Below are positions 25,933-39,421 of a DNA stretch of 64,000 bases, one piece after another. Below the pieces are notes generated by a model. The model was not told the origin of the DNA. It ran no database searches and was given only the letters and a program-made list of their open reading frames with translations. Position 1 is the first letter of the stretch. Each line of letters begins with the position of its first letter. Source of the DNA: Camelus ferus (taxonomy: Eukaryota); NCBI RefSeq assembly GCF_009834535.1, contig NC_045696.1, forward strand, positions 85,128,001-85,192,000, written 5' to 3'. The position numbers and the translations under genes are program-made.

Positions 25933-26540
25933 TTCATTCATTCGTCCATTTGTTTAACAAATCTATTGTCTACTTGCTAGGAACTATTCTACATGCTTGA
26001 AATATACCAATAAATCAAGCACAGCAAGATCCCTGCCCAGGTAAAGTATATTTTATCAGGCTTGGGGAGATGGGGGCGAACATAATAAGTAAGGAAGTAA
26101 TATAGCATGTTATTGAATATGATAATTGCTATGGAAGGAAGAAGTAGAGCAGGGAAAGGACGGTGGCTGTGAAGGTAGTGTGGGGGCAATGTGCTGCACT
26201 AAGCAGGTGGCAGGACTGGTCTCCGTGAGAAGGTAACAGCGAGCAACCTGGGAAGTTGTAAAGGAGTTGGTCATGCAACCCCCTGGAAAAGGACAGAAGA
26301 AAACCCCAGTGTAAAACTCCCAGGGGACGGCATGATGGGATGCCTAGGAACAGCAGGAGGCCAGTGTGGCTGGAGCTGTATGATCCAGGAGAAAAGTAGA
26401 AGAGGCTTAGGTCGGAGGATTAATAAGAGATCAAGTGATATCAGGCTTTGTAAGCTGTTCGAAAGATTTTATTTTTTGTCAAAGTGAACAGGAGAGCCAG
26501 TGGCAGGTTTAAATACAAGAGTAATGTAATCTGACCTGAT
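25933..26540 (-). mobile_element. L2 3' end
   Basis: ttcattcattcgtccatttgtttaacaaat terminus; ggaacagcaggaggccagtgtggctggagc; ggagagccagtggcaggtttaaa. Confidence 0.8.
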
Positions 26541-27435
26541 TTTTTTTTAAGAAAGTCCATTTCACATTAAATTTTGTGAAAACATGGAAAATTATGTGTT
26601 TGTTCTTCTCCATTGTGAAGTTTTCCTAGGCAAATGTAAAGCATCTTTTCCATAAAACCTCCTTATCAGAAAGGATCCTCCCCTAGAGGTTCCCCAGCCA
26701 TTATGGCTCTTAATACACATATAATATCAATCATACAGTAGCTTTAAAGTTTGTGGTAGATTTATGGACAGAATTCATCTCCTTTACTAAGTGAAAAGAC
26801 AGCCTGAGTTTTATGTATCTTTAAATCCTTTATATCAACTAGCATCATTTATATCAACTAGCATGAGTAAGATATGGAAACTTTTAATAATTATTTATGT
26901 TACTCTTTGAAAACTTACATCTTTCCTTTCTTTTTAAAGGAGTTAAATTGCTCAGATTACCAAAATATATGTAATTATAGAAATAAGAATACAGAAAAAT
27001 AAAAATAGAATGATCTCATGCAATTCCACCAGCTAAGATTAAAGTAATTACTATCTTGCTGTATTTTCTTCCAGCTTTTTTTTTTCTCTATGTCTTTGTA
27101 TATTTAGATCTATGGATTATCCTATCCATTTTATCATAAACTTTGGTGTTGAAATTTTTAGCACATCATTAAATATCAATTGGGAACAAAATTGTTTTGC
27201 ACTTTCTTCAAAGTATCTTTTTCTTCTTATTTAGAAAGATTTTTTTCCCACTTTTATTGGAGCTATATTGAGTAAAATGATATTGTCTCCTGAATTTTTT
27301 TTATCTCTGATTGTGACCAGAAGAGTTACTTTACTATATTAAGACTTGATTGATCTGATTTATTGACAAAAGTTTATCAAAGGTTTTGAAAGAGTGGATC
27401 AAAATCAAGTTTATTATTGAGAGAGAGAGTCATCA

Positions 27436-27890
27436 TTTTTTAGAAACTTTATTTAGATATAATTTATATATCACAACCCATCACTACAACCTAAGTTCAG
27501 AATATTTTCATCACTCCTAAAAGGAAAAATGTTACTTCCCATCTCCCCTCCACCAGTCCTTAGAAATCATTAATCTATTCTCTGTCTCTATGGATTTTCT
27601 TATTCTGGTCTTTTCTTATAAATGGAATGTTAACATATGTGTTCTTTTGTGACAGACTTATAATTAGCACAATATTTTCAATGTTCATCTATATTGTAGC
27701 ATGTATCAGTACTTCATTCATTTTTACGCCTGAATAACATCCCATTGCATGGGTAACCATATTTTCTTTATGCATTCACCACTTGATGGGCATTTGGGGC
27801 ATTTACACTTTTGGACTATAATAATTAATGATGCTGTGAACATTTGTGTGCAACTTTTCATGCAGACATATGTTTTTATGATTGTGGATA
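27436..27890 (-). mobile_element. L1 (L1MB/MC-like) 3'-UTR
   Basis: aatctattctctgtctctatggattttcttattctgg...catctatattgtagcatgtatcagtacttcattc...gatgctgtgaacatttgtgtgcaa. Confidence 0.85.
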
Positions 27891-27899
27891 AAATCTCTG

Positions 27900-28505
27900 A
27901 GCCACTACTTTGTAGCGGTGGATTTAGGCAGTGGCTGGCTTCTCTCAGAGTGATCCGTGATTTATAAGCAGGGCTCTGAGTGAGAGCAGTAGCCTCTGGT
28001 CTTCTCAGCTTACCTCTCTTGACTGAAAAGTCTCTGCCCCGTGAGCGAGCTGGGGTGAGAGTGATTGAGAGCCCTTGCATTCCTGGCCTGCCTTAACTGA
28101 GTAGAACTCCTCCTGAGAGAGGAGGCTGAGTGGATGAAGACAGCCCCAGATCTCTTAGTCTTTTTTTCCTGGAGTGAAACTTCTGCAATGTGGAACTGGG
28201 GGAGATGCTGAAGCCCTCCCTCCCTGAGAGCAGAGGGAAGAGAAGGCTCTGAGTTTTTGTCTGCACCTGCCTGTGGTAGAGCTTCCAGCGTGCCGAGCTC
28301 AGTGGGTGGGAGGAGGAAAGCTGTCCTAGGCTCTCCCTGTTCTTATGATGATTTATTACCTTTTCTAGAATAAAAATTTCCCTGTTTTCTTTATACCTTT
28401 AGGACAATTTCCATAGAATTTAAATTGCTTTATCATATTCACCAGTTCTGGATCTTTCTATGGGGAGGGAGTTTGCAAAACTTCTCATGCCACTATTCCG
28501 ACATG
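27900..28505 (-). mobile_element. Old L1 5'-UTR remnant
   Basis: GC-richer tract ending tatggggagggagtttgcaaaacttctcatgccactattccg, resembling ancient L1M 5' termini. Confidence 0.55.
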
Positions 28506-28627
28506 CTTCTACAGGGTTACCATTTTTTGAGTATTTAGACACAATTTAAGCTCTTCGAGTAAATCATTACATTAAACTTTTCTGACATAACTATTAATAC
28601 AATTACTTTACAGAGAGAAAAACTGGA

Positions 28628-28741
28628 ACTTGCTTAAGGACACATAGCTAGTAAGCATTGGTGTTGGAATTTAAATCCAGTTTTGTCTCAGTCCAAATCT
28701 CATGCCCTTAAACACTATGTTAACATACAGAGAAGAGAGTG
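28628..28741 (+). repeat. Local duplication, copy 1 (MIR-derived part plus flank)
   Basis: 111/114 identical to 29971-30084. Confidence 0.95.
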
Positions 28742-29970
28742 ATCTTGAAGATTAAGACCTGGTCAGCCTCCAAAACAATGATTTCAGGATTGAAGCTTCA
28801 GGAGATGAAATACTGGGCAATTGTGGAGGGGTATAACTAGGTAGAGAGAGGAGAAAGTGATTCTCGGTAAGTAACCAAGAAAACTCAACTCATTTTCACA
28901 TTTCCATCAGGGCTGCCTGCTTCTTGCAATTGCTTTGGGCTTACTGAAGTGGAATAAAAAATACTCAAAGGCATGTAACTGATTATATAACAATTTACAG
29001 ATTCAGCAAAGCACTTCAAATTGCCAACCAGCCTGAAAATGACTATGAGTGCATTATAACCTGTGCAAGAGAGGCCCTTAATGCAGCCAAAACTTTTCAC
29101 TAGTAATACACCTCTGAAACCCACCTGCCAGTTACTGTTATTTCTTCATATTATGTCAATGATAGACCAGGATTTGGGGGAGAAGAATCAAGGACTCTGT
29201 AAACACTTAAGAAGGATTAATTTACAGATGAGGGGAAACATTCTTCAGTATTAGCTTCAGAGTAAATTAGCATATAAACATCTTTAGACCTGGTTCTCAC
29301 CCACTTGCCACACCAGCCCCAATGACAAAATTGGTAACTGAGACTAGATCCTGAAATATAATCTAATAAGAAGACCAATATTTTTACTTATTATAATTTC
29401 AGTATAAAAAGGAAGATACAGAGACAAGATTTAAGAAAAAAAACTTCTTCTCCTCTTAGCACCCAAATTGTGAATGTCAAAATAAGTATCTACAAAATGA
29501 AAAAAAAACCTGTTTAATCTTAAATGTAAAATGTAAAATATACAAATCTTTAATACCTTCTAATATAGAGAGAAAGTATAGGTGTTTGTCCCATTTCACC
29601 AAATATTTATACAAAAACTGATTTATAACTAAGGCAATAGGAATTTCCGTATGTGATGTGGAAAAAGTGGAAGGGGTGTGTGTCAAAAATAACCTTTCGC
29701 CTGCTTTCATAAACACCATGTACAGATCCTTAAGGTATTTATCAAGATCAGTAGCATTATTTTAATGTTTGAAGTCTCTGCCTATATTCCACTTATCCTG
29801 AATATGTGTTCATGATTGCTTAATTTTTATTTCCTATTTCTTCCTTATTCCAGTTTTCTCTCTTCCCTCCGTCCTCTCCTCCCTCCCTCCATTCCTTTCT
29901 TCCTTCCCTTCTTTCTTTCTTTCTCTTTCTTTCCCAGAAACACTGAGCGACTATATTCCATTCTAAAAAG

Positions 29971-30084
29971 ACTTGCTTAAGGACACATAACTAGTAAGCA
30001 TTGGTGTTGGAATTTAAATCCAGTTTTGTCTCAATCCAAAGCTCATGCCCTTAAACACTATGTTAACATACAGAGAAGAGAGTG
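29971..30084 (+). repeat. Local duplication, copy 2
   Basis: 111/114 identical to 28628-28741. Confidence 0.95.
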
Positions 30085-31699
30085 TCATAATCAGTAACCA
30101 ATCAGGTCCCTTCTTTCAAAGTCTGCTGGTAATTGGTCACTGAAGAAACAGCACCAAGCTTGCATCACATACCTCAAGAACCATGTTATTGGAAACTGAA
30201 AATGCTTAATAACTTACATTGTATTTTTAAAATATTCAATAAAATTCTAAATAAGCTCACTCCAGGTAAAACACACCAAAAAAAAAGTGTTTATAATTTG
30301 CCGAGCAACAATGCATTTAGACATATCTAATAGGTCTCTATCTGACGATTTATGCTACAACGGTTATGGGATAGAAACTGTTTTTGTATCCAATTTAAAA
30401 GCATGAATGTTCTCTTTACCCTAGAGCCTTAAGACAATTTACAGAAGTAGGCCAGTATGAAGTATTGCCACAATAAACTGCTGTTTTGCTTCCCTTTTGT
30501 AGCAAAAATTAGGAAAACGCTGCAATGTTGTGGAGTCATAAAATATGTTAGCAATAAAACAAATACAAGCTATCAAGTTTATTTAATTTCTACTGTTACC
30601 ATCATTATTGAGAGACCTTTTTAAAGTCTTTCATATATTTGAAAGTAATTTATTTTGAAAAAATATATCAAAGTTGGAAAAACAGATTTTTTTCAAAATT
30701 CTCAGTTGTGAACAAAATCCTCCTTCATAAAACAAAATATAAGAAAGTTCTTTTATTTGTTTCACTGCGGGAAACGTTATTTGAAAAATAATTCTATTTC
30801 AAAGTATTAATGCCAGCGGACATGCTGTGACAATATACTTGATATCTTTTTTAAAACAATTAACTATTTTTTGCCTCATCAGATCATGACCAATTATATA
30901 AAGTAAATCTGTATTAAGTCAGATAGTGTATAGGAATAAAATCATCAATACACTTTCTTCCATTCAAAATACACAATTGTTAGAATATCAAAAATCAAAT
31001 CTGAGAATTATTGACATGTTTGTCTAACATACAATACTTTTCCTATTCTAAATATCGATAGTTGCAATAAAATATAGATAAACATAGTTTTTGTCGTTGA
31101 CCCAAATTACAAGAGCTATAATTAGTGGAAATGACACAAAAAAGTAAAACTATAAAAACAACAATAAATTTAAGCAACTCTTTTAAAGTTATTTAACTGT
31201 TATTATTCAAATCGTTTCACAAGAGAGACATTAGTATTATACGCACTTATTTCTAATTAGCAAAAAAAATGTAAGTTTACCAACAGATACACAGAGTATT
31301 TGAAGACTTGATATTGTACATCACCTGATTTTTTTAAAGAAAGAATTATTCCAAAATACATGACATTATGTGTTAACTTTATTTTACAAATTTATTATAT
31401 CAAATTATTTCTGAATTTCCCTGGAGAATTAAATTATTTGACAGAGGTTCTCAAGTCTGTCAAATTGGGATCAAGGTTGAGAACACATACCCTAAAAATC
31501 TTACAACTCTCTCAACACATATGAAGAATGATCCAATGCAATGATATACAACTTCACCCATAATAAGAAGAAAGGGAAGGTTGATAGTTTTAAAGTAATC
31601 TCTAGCTTTCATAGAAATTCTCAAGTTCATCGATAATAGTTAACACAGAGCACAGACAATAAGAAGTGAGATAACTCTTCTTATAACCAGAGTCAAGAG

Positions 31700-32060
31700 A
31701 AAACCCCTACGGTAAACAAAATGGATGTTCCCTAAAAAGCCAAAGACAGAACTACCATATGGTTTAGCAATTCCACTTCTTAATATATCCAAAAGAAATG
31801 AAATCACTGTCTCAAAGAGATAACTGCACCCCCATATTCTTTGCAGATTTTTTACAATAGGTGAAAATATGGAAACAACTGGAGTATCTGTCAATGGATG
31901 AACAAATAAAGAAAATGAAAATGTGAAGTTATGGTTTCATTACTTAACCTTACTGAGGTAATCATGTAGCAATATACACATATATCAAGTCATTACATTA
32001 TACACCATAAACTCACACAATGTTATATGTGAATTATATCTCAGTAAGTCTAAAAAAGGA
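31700..32060 (+). mobile_element. L1 3' fragment
   Basis: agaactaccatatggtttagcaattccacttct...cattatacaccataaactcacacaatgttatatgtgaattatatctcagtaa. Confidence 0.8.
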
Positions 32061-32244
32061 AAGAAAAATTAATTCTAATGTATTAAAAAACAAAGAAAAA
32101 TTACAAAAATGGTATAAGAAATGCTTGTATACTCTATAATCAACTTCATCAAAATTGCTTACATTTTTCCTCATTTGTTTTCTCTTTCTCTTTTTTTCTC
32201 TCTCTCTCCCTTTCTCCCTTTATATATACATACAGACACACATG

Positions 32245-33612
32245 CAGTTTTTAGTTTGCATGATTTCAAATTGACAAATTTCAGTTTCTATGGTTTAGTT
32301 ACATAACACCAATCCTCCAAGAGCATGTGCTATGGACTGAAACTTTGTGTTCCCTTAAATACATATGTTGAAACCTTAATCTCCAAAATGATGGCAATTG
32401 GAGTTAGGGCCTTTGGGAGACAATTTGGGTCATGAGGGTGGAGTCCCTGGTGATGGAATTAGTGCCCTTATAAGAAAAGACATAACAGAGATGATCACTT
32501 TCTACCATGAGAGGATTCAATAAGAAGGCTGCAGTGTGCAAACTAGAAAGAGGGCCTTAACCAGACATTGAGTCTTTTGAAAACTTGATCTTGGTGTTTC
32601 CAACCTCCAGAACTTTGAGAAATAAATGTTTATTGTTTTATCTTTCCAGTTTATGGTTATTTGTTATAGCAGTCCTAACTTAGACAGCTAGATTCAGATT
32701 TCAGTTACCACAGAATATTAACTATGATTAAATGCATAAAGCACAAATTTTACTACTGGGTCTTCCTTCCATAATCATGTAAATAACAGATGCATATCAC
32801 AATCAGTGACCAATCAGGTCACTTTTTTCAAAGTCTGCTGATGATTGTTCCCTGAGCATCTTTTATGCAGTTCATGCACAGACAGCAAAGTGTGCAGTTG
32901 TATTGCTTTCTGACCCACCAGTAATAAGCCAGCATGACATCTTCAAAAATGGATAATCAAAGGAGATAGTTTTCCAACAAAGATAAAAGTCCAACAAAGA
33001 AATAAACAGTGAAAGTGCTGAAAATGAAATTGGGTGTGATTATAAGATAAATGCCTGTGGGAATGTTGACAAGACTACTGTCTGAGAGACTTAATATGCA
33101 GCCAGAGGAGTTTAGTGAAGGCAAACCTAGCAACATAAATAAAGAGTTACTATGTTTTAAAAGGTACAGATGTCCTAGAGAAAGTGACAAATAATTTTAC
33201 ATTAAATAATGCTTGGAAATATTTCACATCAAGAAAACAAAGGACAAATGTTGGAAGCTGATCACATTTAGGAAAGAGTACAACATTTCCCAAGACAGGA
33301 AAAGTACTCACTCCATACTGTGCTACGTATTATAATTATACACCTGACTGTCATAAGATGAGAAAGCAAGTACTGTTCAAATATTCAATAACATTTTTAC
33401 AAAGAAATAAAACACTTTAATTCCCTATGTTTCTAAATAAATATTGGTTTTATTATGTTCCCATCTCTATATATTTATAACCAATAGTAAGAGAATTTTT
33501 AGTGTTTGGCAAGAAATGTTAAAGGTCAAGGAGCAATGCAATTTGGCTCATTGAAAATGAAGAGTGCTTAGTACAGTTTCAGCCTGCATGGTTATTTTTA
33601 TGATCCTAATAT
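32245..33612 (+). mobile_element. Ancient non-autonomous Tigger-family element interrupted by an MLT1 LTR
   Basis: ttcagtttctatggtttagttacataacaccaatcc continues after the LTR as ttcagatttcagttaccacag; Tigger-like acidic tail gcagccagaggagtttagtgaagg. Confidence 0.65.
32328..32686 (+). mobile_element. MaLR solo LTR (MLT1A/MST-like)
   Basis: tgctatggactgaa start; gggtcatgagggtggagtccc; aataaatgtttattgtt; ends tagcagtcctaacttagaca. Confidence 0.88.
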
Positions 33613-34127
33613 GTATATATATGCATATATGTATACATGCAACTGTGACATGCTTACTTAATTAGCTTACAAGTAGGGTAAAATCTCAGACCCTGAACAT
33701 TTCTTGATAGTTTTAGTAATGAAGGTTGGTTGTGACCTACATTACTTTCTGGAAGAAACTAGAAGAAGGTCTCATAAGCCAATTGGCATGATTTGAGAGA
33801 AGTCTATCTAATTAGCAATGAAAATGATGACCAAACTATATGATTGTCTGGACAATACATTTTCTTTAGTTTATTGCTTGTAAATGAGGAGGTGCCTGTA
33901 GGGTGAGTCCTAAAATGGGTTCAAGTAGTTGCCCTCATTGTTACTCACTCTCTTCTAGGCAGGAGTCCTCCTCACCAATATGGCAGTCAATATTGGTTTG
34001 CTCCATTGGAATAACTAGCACTGAGATTTGTCCTCAGTTGACAGAGGGTTCTGACCTTTTTCAGATAAGAGATTTGCATCTACGCTGCATGTAAAAGGAA
34101 GACAAATGACAATAACAATAAATAGAC

Positions 34128-34659
34128 TGTTGAAGAGGGTATTTTCCGAAGATGGTGATAATGAAAGCTCTCTTCCCCCATGTTCCTCTGCAGTGTGACC
34201 TGGCCAGTCCCTCACCAAGAAGCTGAGCTTATTTCTCAGTCCCACCAAATCTGATTGAACCTGTGATTGCTCTGTCAGGCACAGGCTTAGCTTTTAAACT
34301 GGCCTGAAAGTTTCTGCAGAAAGCTAATCTTGTAAGCTAGCAACCATGTTAGAAGAAAGACTTCCTTGAGACCACCAGCCTATGAGAAAAAGCTCCAGAG
34401 AAAGAATCAAAGGATAGGATGCCAGAGAGAGAGGGATAAATGATTTCAACATGCCAGACATGTGAGTGAAGAAGGAAACTTAGGGGACCCTCTGGCCCAA
34501 GCTGCTCTAACTGATGCCATGTGGAATGAGGTCATCCCACCCACCTGAGACCTTTCCAGATTCCCAATACATGAAATCATGAACAACATGAATGGTTGTT
34601 TAAAGCTGCTAAGTTTGTGAGGGTTTGTTACATCATAAGAGATAAAATAATAACTAACA
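34128..34659 (+). mobile_element. MaLR solo LTR (MLT1G/H-like)
   Basis: tattttccgaagatgg start region; catgtgagtgaagaag; gtttaaagctgctaagtttgtgagggtttgttaca; ends aactaaca. Confidence 0.75.
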
Positions 34660-35177
34660 TTTAACAACACCAAGCACTGTGCTAAGTTCTTTATAGGATT
34701 ACATCTTTCTTTTCAACCATCCTAAAGGTTGGGTGCTATAATTTCCTCATTTTACCTGAAAGCAGGAGAATCAAGTTTTGAACTTGGGGAGTCTCACTCC
34801 ATATTATGCTCTTAACTCTGCCCCTTATGAAAAAACTGCTATTGAATGGTGGGCAAGAAAATGTCCAGTAATGGTGCCAAATGTATTTGGATGATTCATT
34901 TGTCCTTTATCCCTAAGCCTCAGTAAGTATTGAAACCACACATTCTGCTGATGTACTTTCACGGTTCTTCAACCAAGCAAAAGGGAAGTGTTGGGGAAGT
35001 GTAAGGAGGAACAGACAAGGAAATGTGAAATGGGCAATAAGTGGTTTCTGCCCTCCATCTTGCAAAAAAACTCAGATTCCTGCACTCTTGTTTTTCACAA
35101 TATAACATTCTCTTTTAGTTACTGAATTTTTCTTTATAAAAAAACTTCTAACTCTAGTATAAGTAGTTTATATGTTA

Positions 35178-36345
35178 ACACAAAAATCCTCAACAAAATA
35201 TTAGCAAATATAACTCAACAATATGTTAAAAAGGGACATACACCATGATGAAGTGGCATTTATTCCAGGGATGATAGGTTGGTTCAGTATTTGCACATCA
35301 ATCAATGTGATTCACCATGTTAACAAAAAGAAGGATAAAAATCATATGATCATCTCAATACATGTAGAAAAAATATTTGACTAAATTCAACATCCATTCA
35401 TGATAAAAGCACCCATCAAAGTTGGCATAGAGGGGACAAATCTCAACATAGGGGGTTAATATCCAAAATACATAAACAGTTCATATAACTCAATGTCAAA
35501 AAAAATCTTATTAAAAAGTGGGCAGAAGACTTAAATAGACATTTTTCCAAAGAAGATACACAGATGGCCAAAAGGCATATGAAAAAATGCTCAGCATCAC
35601 TGATCATCAGGGACATGCAAATCAAAACCACAATGAGACATCACCTCACATCTGTAAAAATGGTTATCAAAAAAAAAAAGTCTCCAAATAACATATGTTG
35701 GCCAGGGTGTGGATAAAAGAGAACCCTTGTACACTGTTGATGAAATTGTAAATTGATGTAGCCACTATGAAAAACAATATGCAAATTCCTCAAAAAATTA
35801 AAATAGAATTACTATATGATCCAGTAATTCTAGTCCTGGGTATATCTCTAAAGAAAATGAAAACAGTAATTTGAAAAGATATGTGCATCCCACTGTTCAT
35901 AGCAGTATTATTTACAATAGCCAAGATATGGGAGCAACCCAATTGCCCATTATATATATATATATATATGATATATATAATGGAATATTACTCAGCCATA
36001 AAAATGGAATTCTGCTATATACAACAACATAGATAGACTTAGAGAGTATCATGCTTAAGTGAAATGAGGTAGAGAAAGATAAAATATTCTATGTTATCAC
36101 TTTTATGTGGAATCTGAAAAATGAAACTAATGTGTATAACAAAACAGAAACACTCACAAATACAGAGAACAAACAAGTAGTTATCAGTGAGGAGAAGGGA
36201 GGGGGGAGAGGCAAGATAGGGGTATGAGATTAAGAGATACAAACTACTATGTATAAAATAAATAAGCACAGAGAAATATAGCCATTTATTTGTAAGAACT
36301 TTAAGTGGAATATAGTATTTAAAGGCATGTTTAAAGATAACTAGC
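35178..36345 (+). mobile_element. L1 ORF2/3'-UTR fragment with a large internal deletion
   Basis: KILNKILAN...[15 protein letters not shown]...GIEGTNLNI is joined directly at 35450/35451 to GLISKIHKQ...[18 protein letters not shown], then 3'-UTR. Confidence 0.9.
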
Positions 36346-36692
36346 AAAAATACATTTAGTATAATAGTTTATAGGCTAGTCATTCAATTCCCGAATTATA
36401 GAACTTACATTTTGATGAGTGTCTGTTATTTTTTCAACTGCCTTCCACTGTTGTTTGTTGCTGTTTTCTTTGGGGAAAAGGAAAAAATAAAATATTAATA
36501 TATCATCCAAGGACAAGGTTTGGAGATTTAGAAGTCTTCAAAGTCCTTTGCCCACTGACTTTATTTAAGCCCAATTAACAAGATTTAATTTTGTATCTAT
36601 CATAAGTATTTATATATTTCATATATGAGTGCAGAAACACTCTAAAACATAAAAAAAAAAAAAGGGTCTCCACAGTAAAGTATTTTGAATAA

Positions 36693-37225
36693 TGTCAAAG
36701 AAAACTTGCATTGGGTGAAGTTAAACAGTCAAGGAGGACTTTATCCAAGATGATTTTTGTAGGGAAAAGAAATTACTCTTCAACTCCACTGAAACAAAGT
36801 GTTGGAGAGTCTTACCAGGTGAGTTTGGAGGGAAATCTTAGGCTACTGGCATTTGTTTATTGGCCTTACCCAAAGGGAAATTGAACTTTCTCATATCCTC
36901 AAGACAGGAGGTCCAGGATATACCCACCCAAATTAGATTTCTCCCTCCCACAGAGACTGAGATATTGGAGCACTGTCTTCCTTGATGATTATATTTCACA
37001 GGGATGGCTCCCAGGTCCTTGAGAAAGACATTCCTTGGGTCATAAAACTGTCCAAATACTTTTAAGGGAATTTATGTACATTTTAAAGGGGGCAGAGAGA
37101 GAATTTGTAATTACAAGTTTTCTAAAGTAAATGCTCTAAGAAAAGGGAGACGGGGTACTATAGTTGAGAATAAATCTGTCTAAAGTTTAGCCAAGTTGAG
37201 GGGAACATTACAGTCATTGTGATCA
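36693..37225 (-). mobile_element. ERV1 solo LTR (MER67/MER31-like)
   Basis: TGT...TCA termini; gctcccaggtccttgagaaagacattcc; aagttttctaaagtaaatgctctaagaaaaggga; ctgtctaaagtttagccaagttgaggggaaca. Confidence 0.8.
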
Positions 37226-38389
37226 GGAATATATTGATTTTATAACCTTTGTAACAGGAAAACAAAAGTGTCCATTGTTCTCTTTCTTTTACATAAGAAA
37301 GAAAATATCCGTGTGTCTGTGCCCTGTATGTGTGAGATGAAGAAACTGTAAGCGGGGATTTCACTGACCTAAAGCGTTTGCAGCTATAACCAGGCTGGCT
37401 TGATTTTAATTAAGGACCATCTGTATTTGGAATACAAGTCCATTGGAAACTTAACTGCTGTAACGGTGGTACAGATACTCTGAAAGTTTTGAATCCTTTA
37501 AGAGCAATTAAACCTCATTTTTGTTGGTCAGTGAGCTGATGGATCAGACTACAGAAATTTCAATGCCATTTTATGTAATTGAAAGTACATTTAATGCCAA
37601 CTCATAATGACTTTTGTTTTCCTTTTGAATTTTTTGGGGCTGTGAAAATGGGGAATCTTAATGCCACGAGTTCCCCAGAGTCTCGATTGCTCCACTCTGT
37701 GCACTTATAATTCTGAATAAAGCATTTCTTCTTAATGCCTAACTAGGTCTGTTATCTATTGAACCCATGGGAGGCCAAGGGACAAGTCAATAGTTTAATC
37801 TCTACTAAACCATTTACTAGATCTGTAAATAAAACTTCTTTAATTAATTGCATTCTCTGTTCTTAACTCTTGCTGATAAAACTGCTAAGATATAGACTGT
37901 GATGGAAAAAAAAATAAGCAGAAGATATGTGATAGAATAAATGCAAAAATAAAAATTATTTAAAATACCTACACTTGAAAATCTGAATTTTGTGATGAAA
38001 GAGTCATCAATAAACAGGGCTTAGCCTTCTTTCAACATACTGGCCTTCAGTTTGCTAGAATAACAGTTAAAATGTAAAATTACTTCTATTTTCATTTCCA
38101 TCTACCTATTCACTTTCTAATACACTTGGAATATCCCAATCTCTATTTGAAATATTTTTACTTAACTTGATATCATCTAAAATTGGATGATCTTTTTAAA
38201 GGAAATTCTCAAATAATTTTCCCATTGGTTTTCCTCTCCTCTCTTGTGCAATTGTATACTCACCTATGTAATATTACAACTTTGCAATCTGTACAATGTT
38301 CTTTGCAATATGAATATACTAGAAGATACATTGAGAAAGGTATTCATTCTTGTAGCATTGTTAAGAACAAGAAACTGAAGAGGAAAAAC

Positions 38390-38592
38390 CTCAGAATAAT
38401 TGCCACTTCAGCATTTACTCTTTGTGTCACCTTTGTACATTCACTGATCTCCCTGAGAAACTCAATTTCCTTATCTGTAAAATGGGAAAAATATTGGTAC
38501 CTACCCTACAGAGTCATTGTGAAGATTAAAGCTGATAATTTAAAACATTTGTTACAGAGTCTGGAACATTGTAAATGTTTAAAAAATTAGCT
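38390..38592 (+). mobile_element. MIR SINE
   Basis: ctcaatttccttatctgtaaaatggg...tacctaccctacagagtcattgtgaagattaaa core. Confidence 0.8.
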
Positions 38593-39421
38593 AGCGTAAC
38601 TGAAAAAGACTCACAGGACTTAAAACAGAGCATATGGATTTCAACTTATTTTTATGTCATTTTATTAAAATGTAAGTGTCATTTTGTCAAACTATTTGTT
38701 GGCTCCTCTATAGTACTTTTCTTTTAGAAATTAGGTTTTATAAAGGTAAATAGATATTATAAGACACCCCAAATAAATTTTTCTCTACCAATGATACATT
38801 TTTTCCTGTGTTCTTATTGTACATTATTTAATATTTAACTGGCATAATTGCAGTCTGAAAGTAATATAATAGTATAAAATCAGTGAAAGTAAAATGAAAG
38901 AAAGAAACCCTCATGAAAATCATCCTAAAATATATAATTTGTGTTAAATATAATCATAATATTATATAATTTTGTATTATTTTCAACCTATATTCTTATC
39001 AAGATCCTTTTTCTATATTTTTATTGTAAAAATGCATTTTTAGGAAAAATCTTTAGTGTGAAGCAGATTAATTATGGTTTCAGTTATTTAATATGATAGA
39101 TGTATAAAATAAGGAATACCTAAAATTTGGTTTCAGAAATTCTTTATATTTTCTAATAATAAATGTATGCCAATTTAAAATAATAGTCATTTATAGTTCT
39201 CTTTTGTTGCTATTAATCACACATGTGTTTTGTTCTTCTATACTTTTTTTTTTTCCTGTTCAACAAAGTAATACAATGCAAATGTTCTATGACTCAAAAT
39301 ACAGAATGGCTTAGGATAAAAGGGAATAACCACCCATCTCATCTTTCCTGTCTTCTAATACCATTCCCCAAAGCAGTCACTCTTTTCTTGTTCCTGATTT
39401 TAGTTTATCTGATGCTTATAC

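Noticed and set aside
26829..26864. 17-bp direct repeat tttatatcaactagcat with 19-bp period
   Set aside because: Ordinary slippage micro-duplication, only two units.
38183..38590. 135-aa plus-strand ORF
   Set aside because: Non-ATG start and the 3' half is a MIR; chance ORF.
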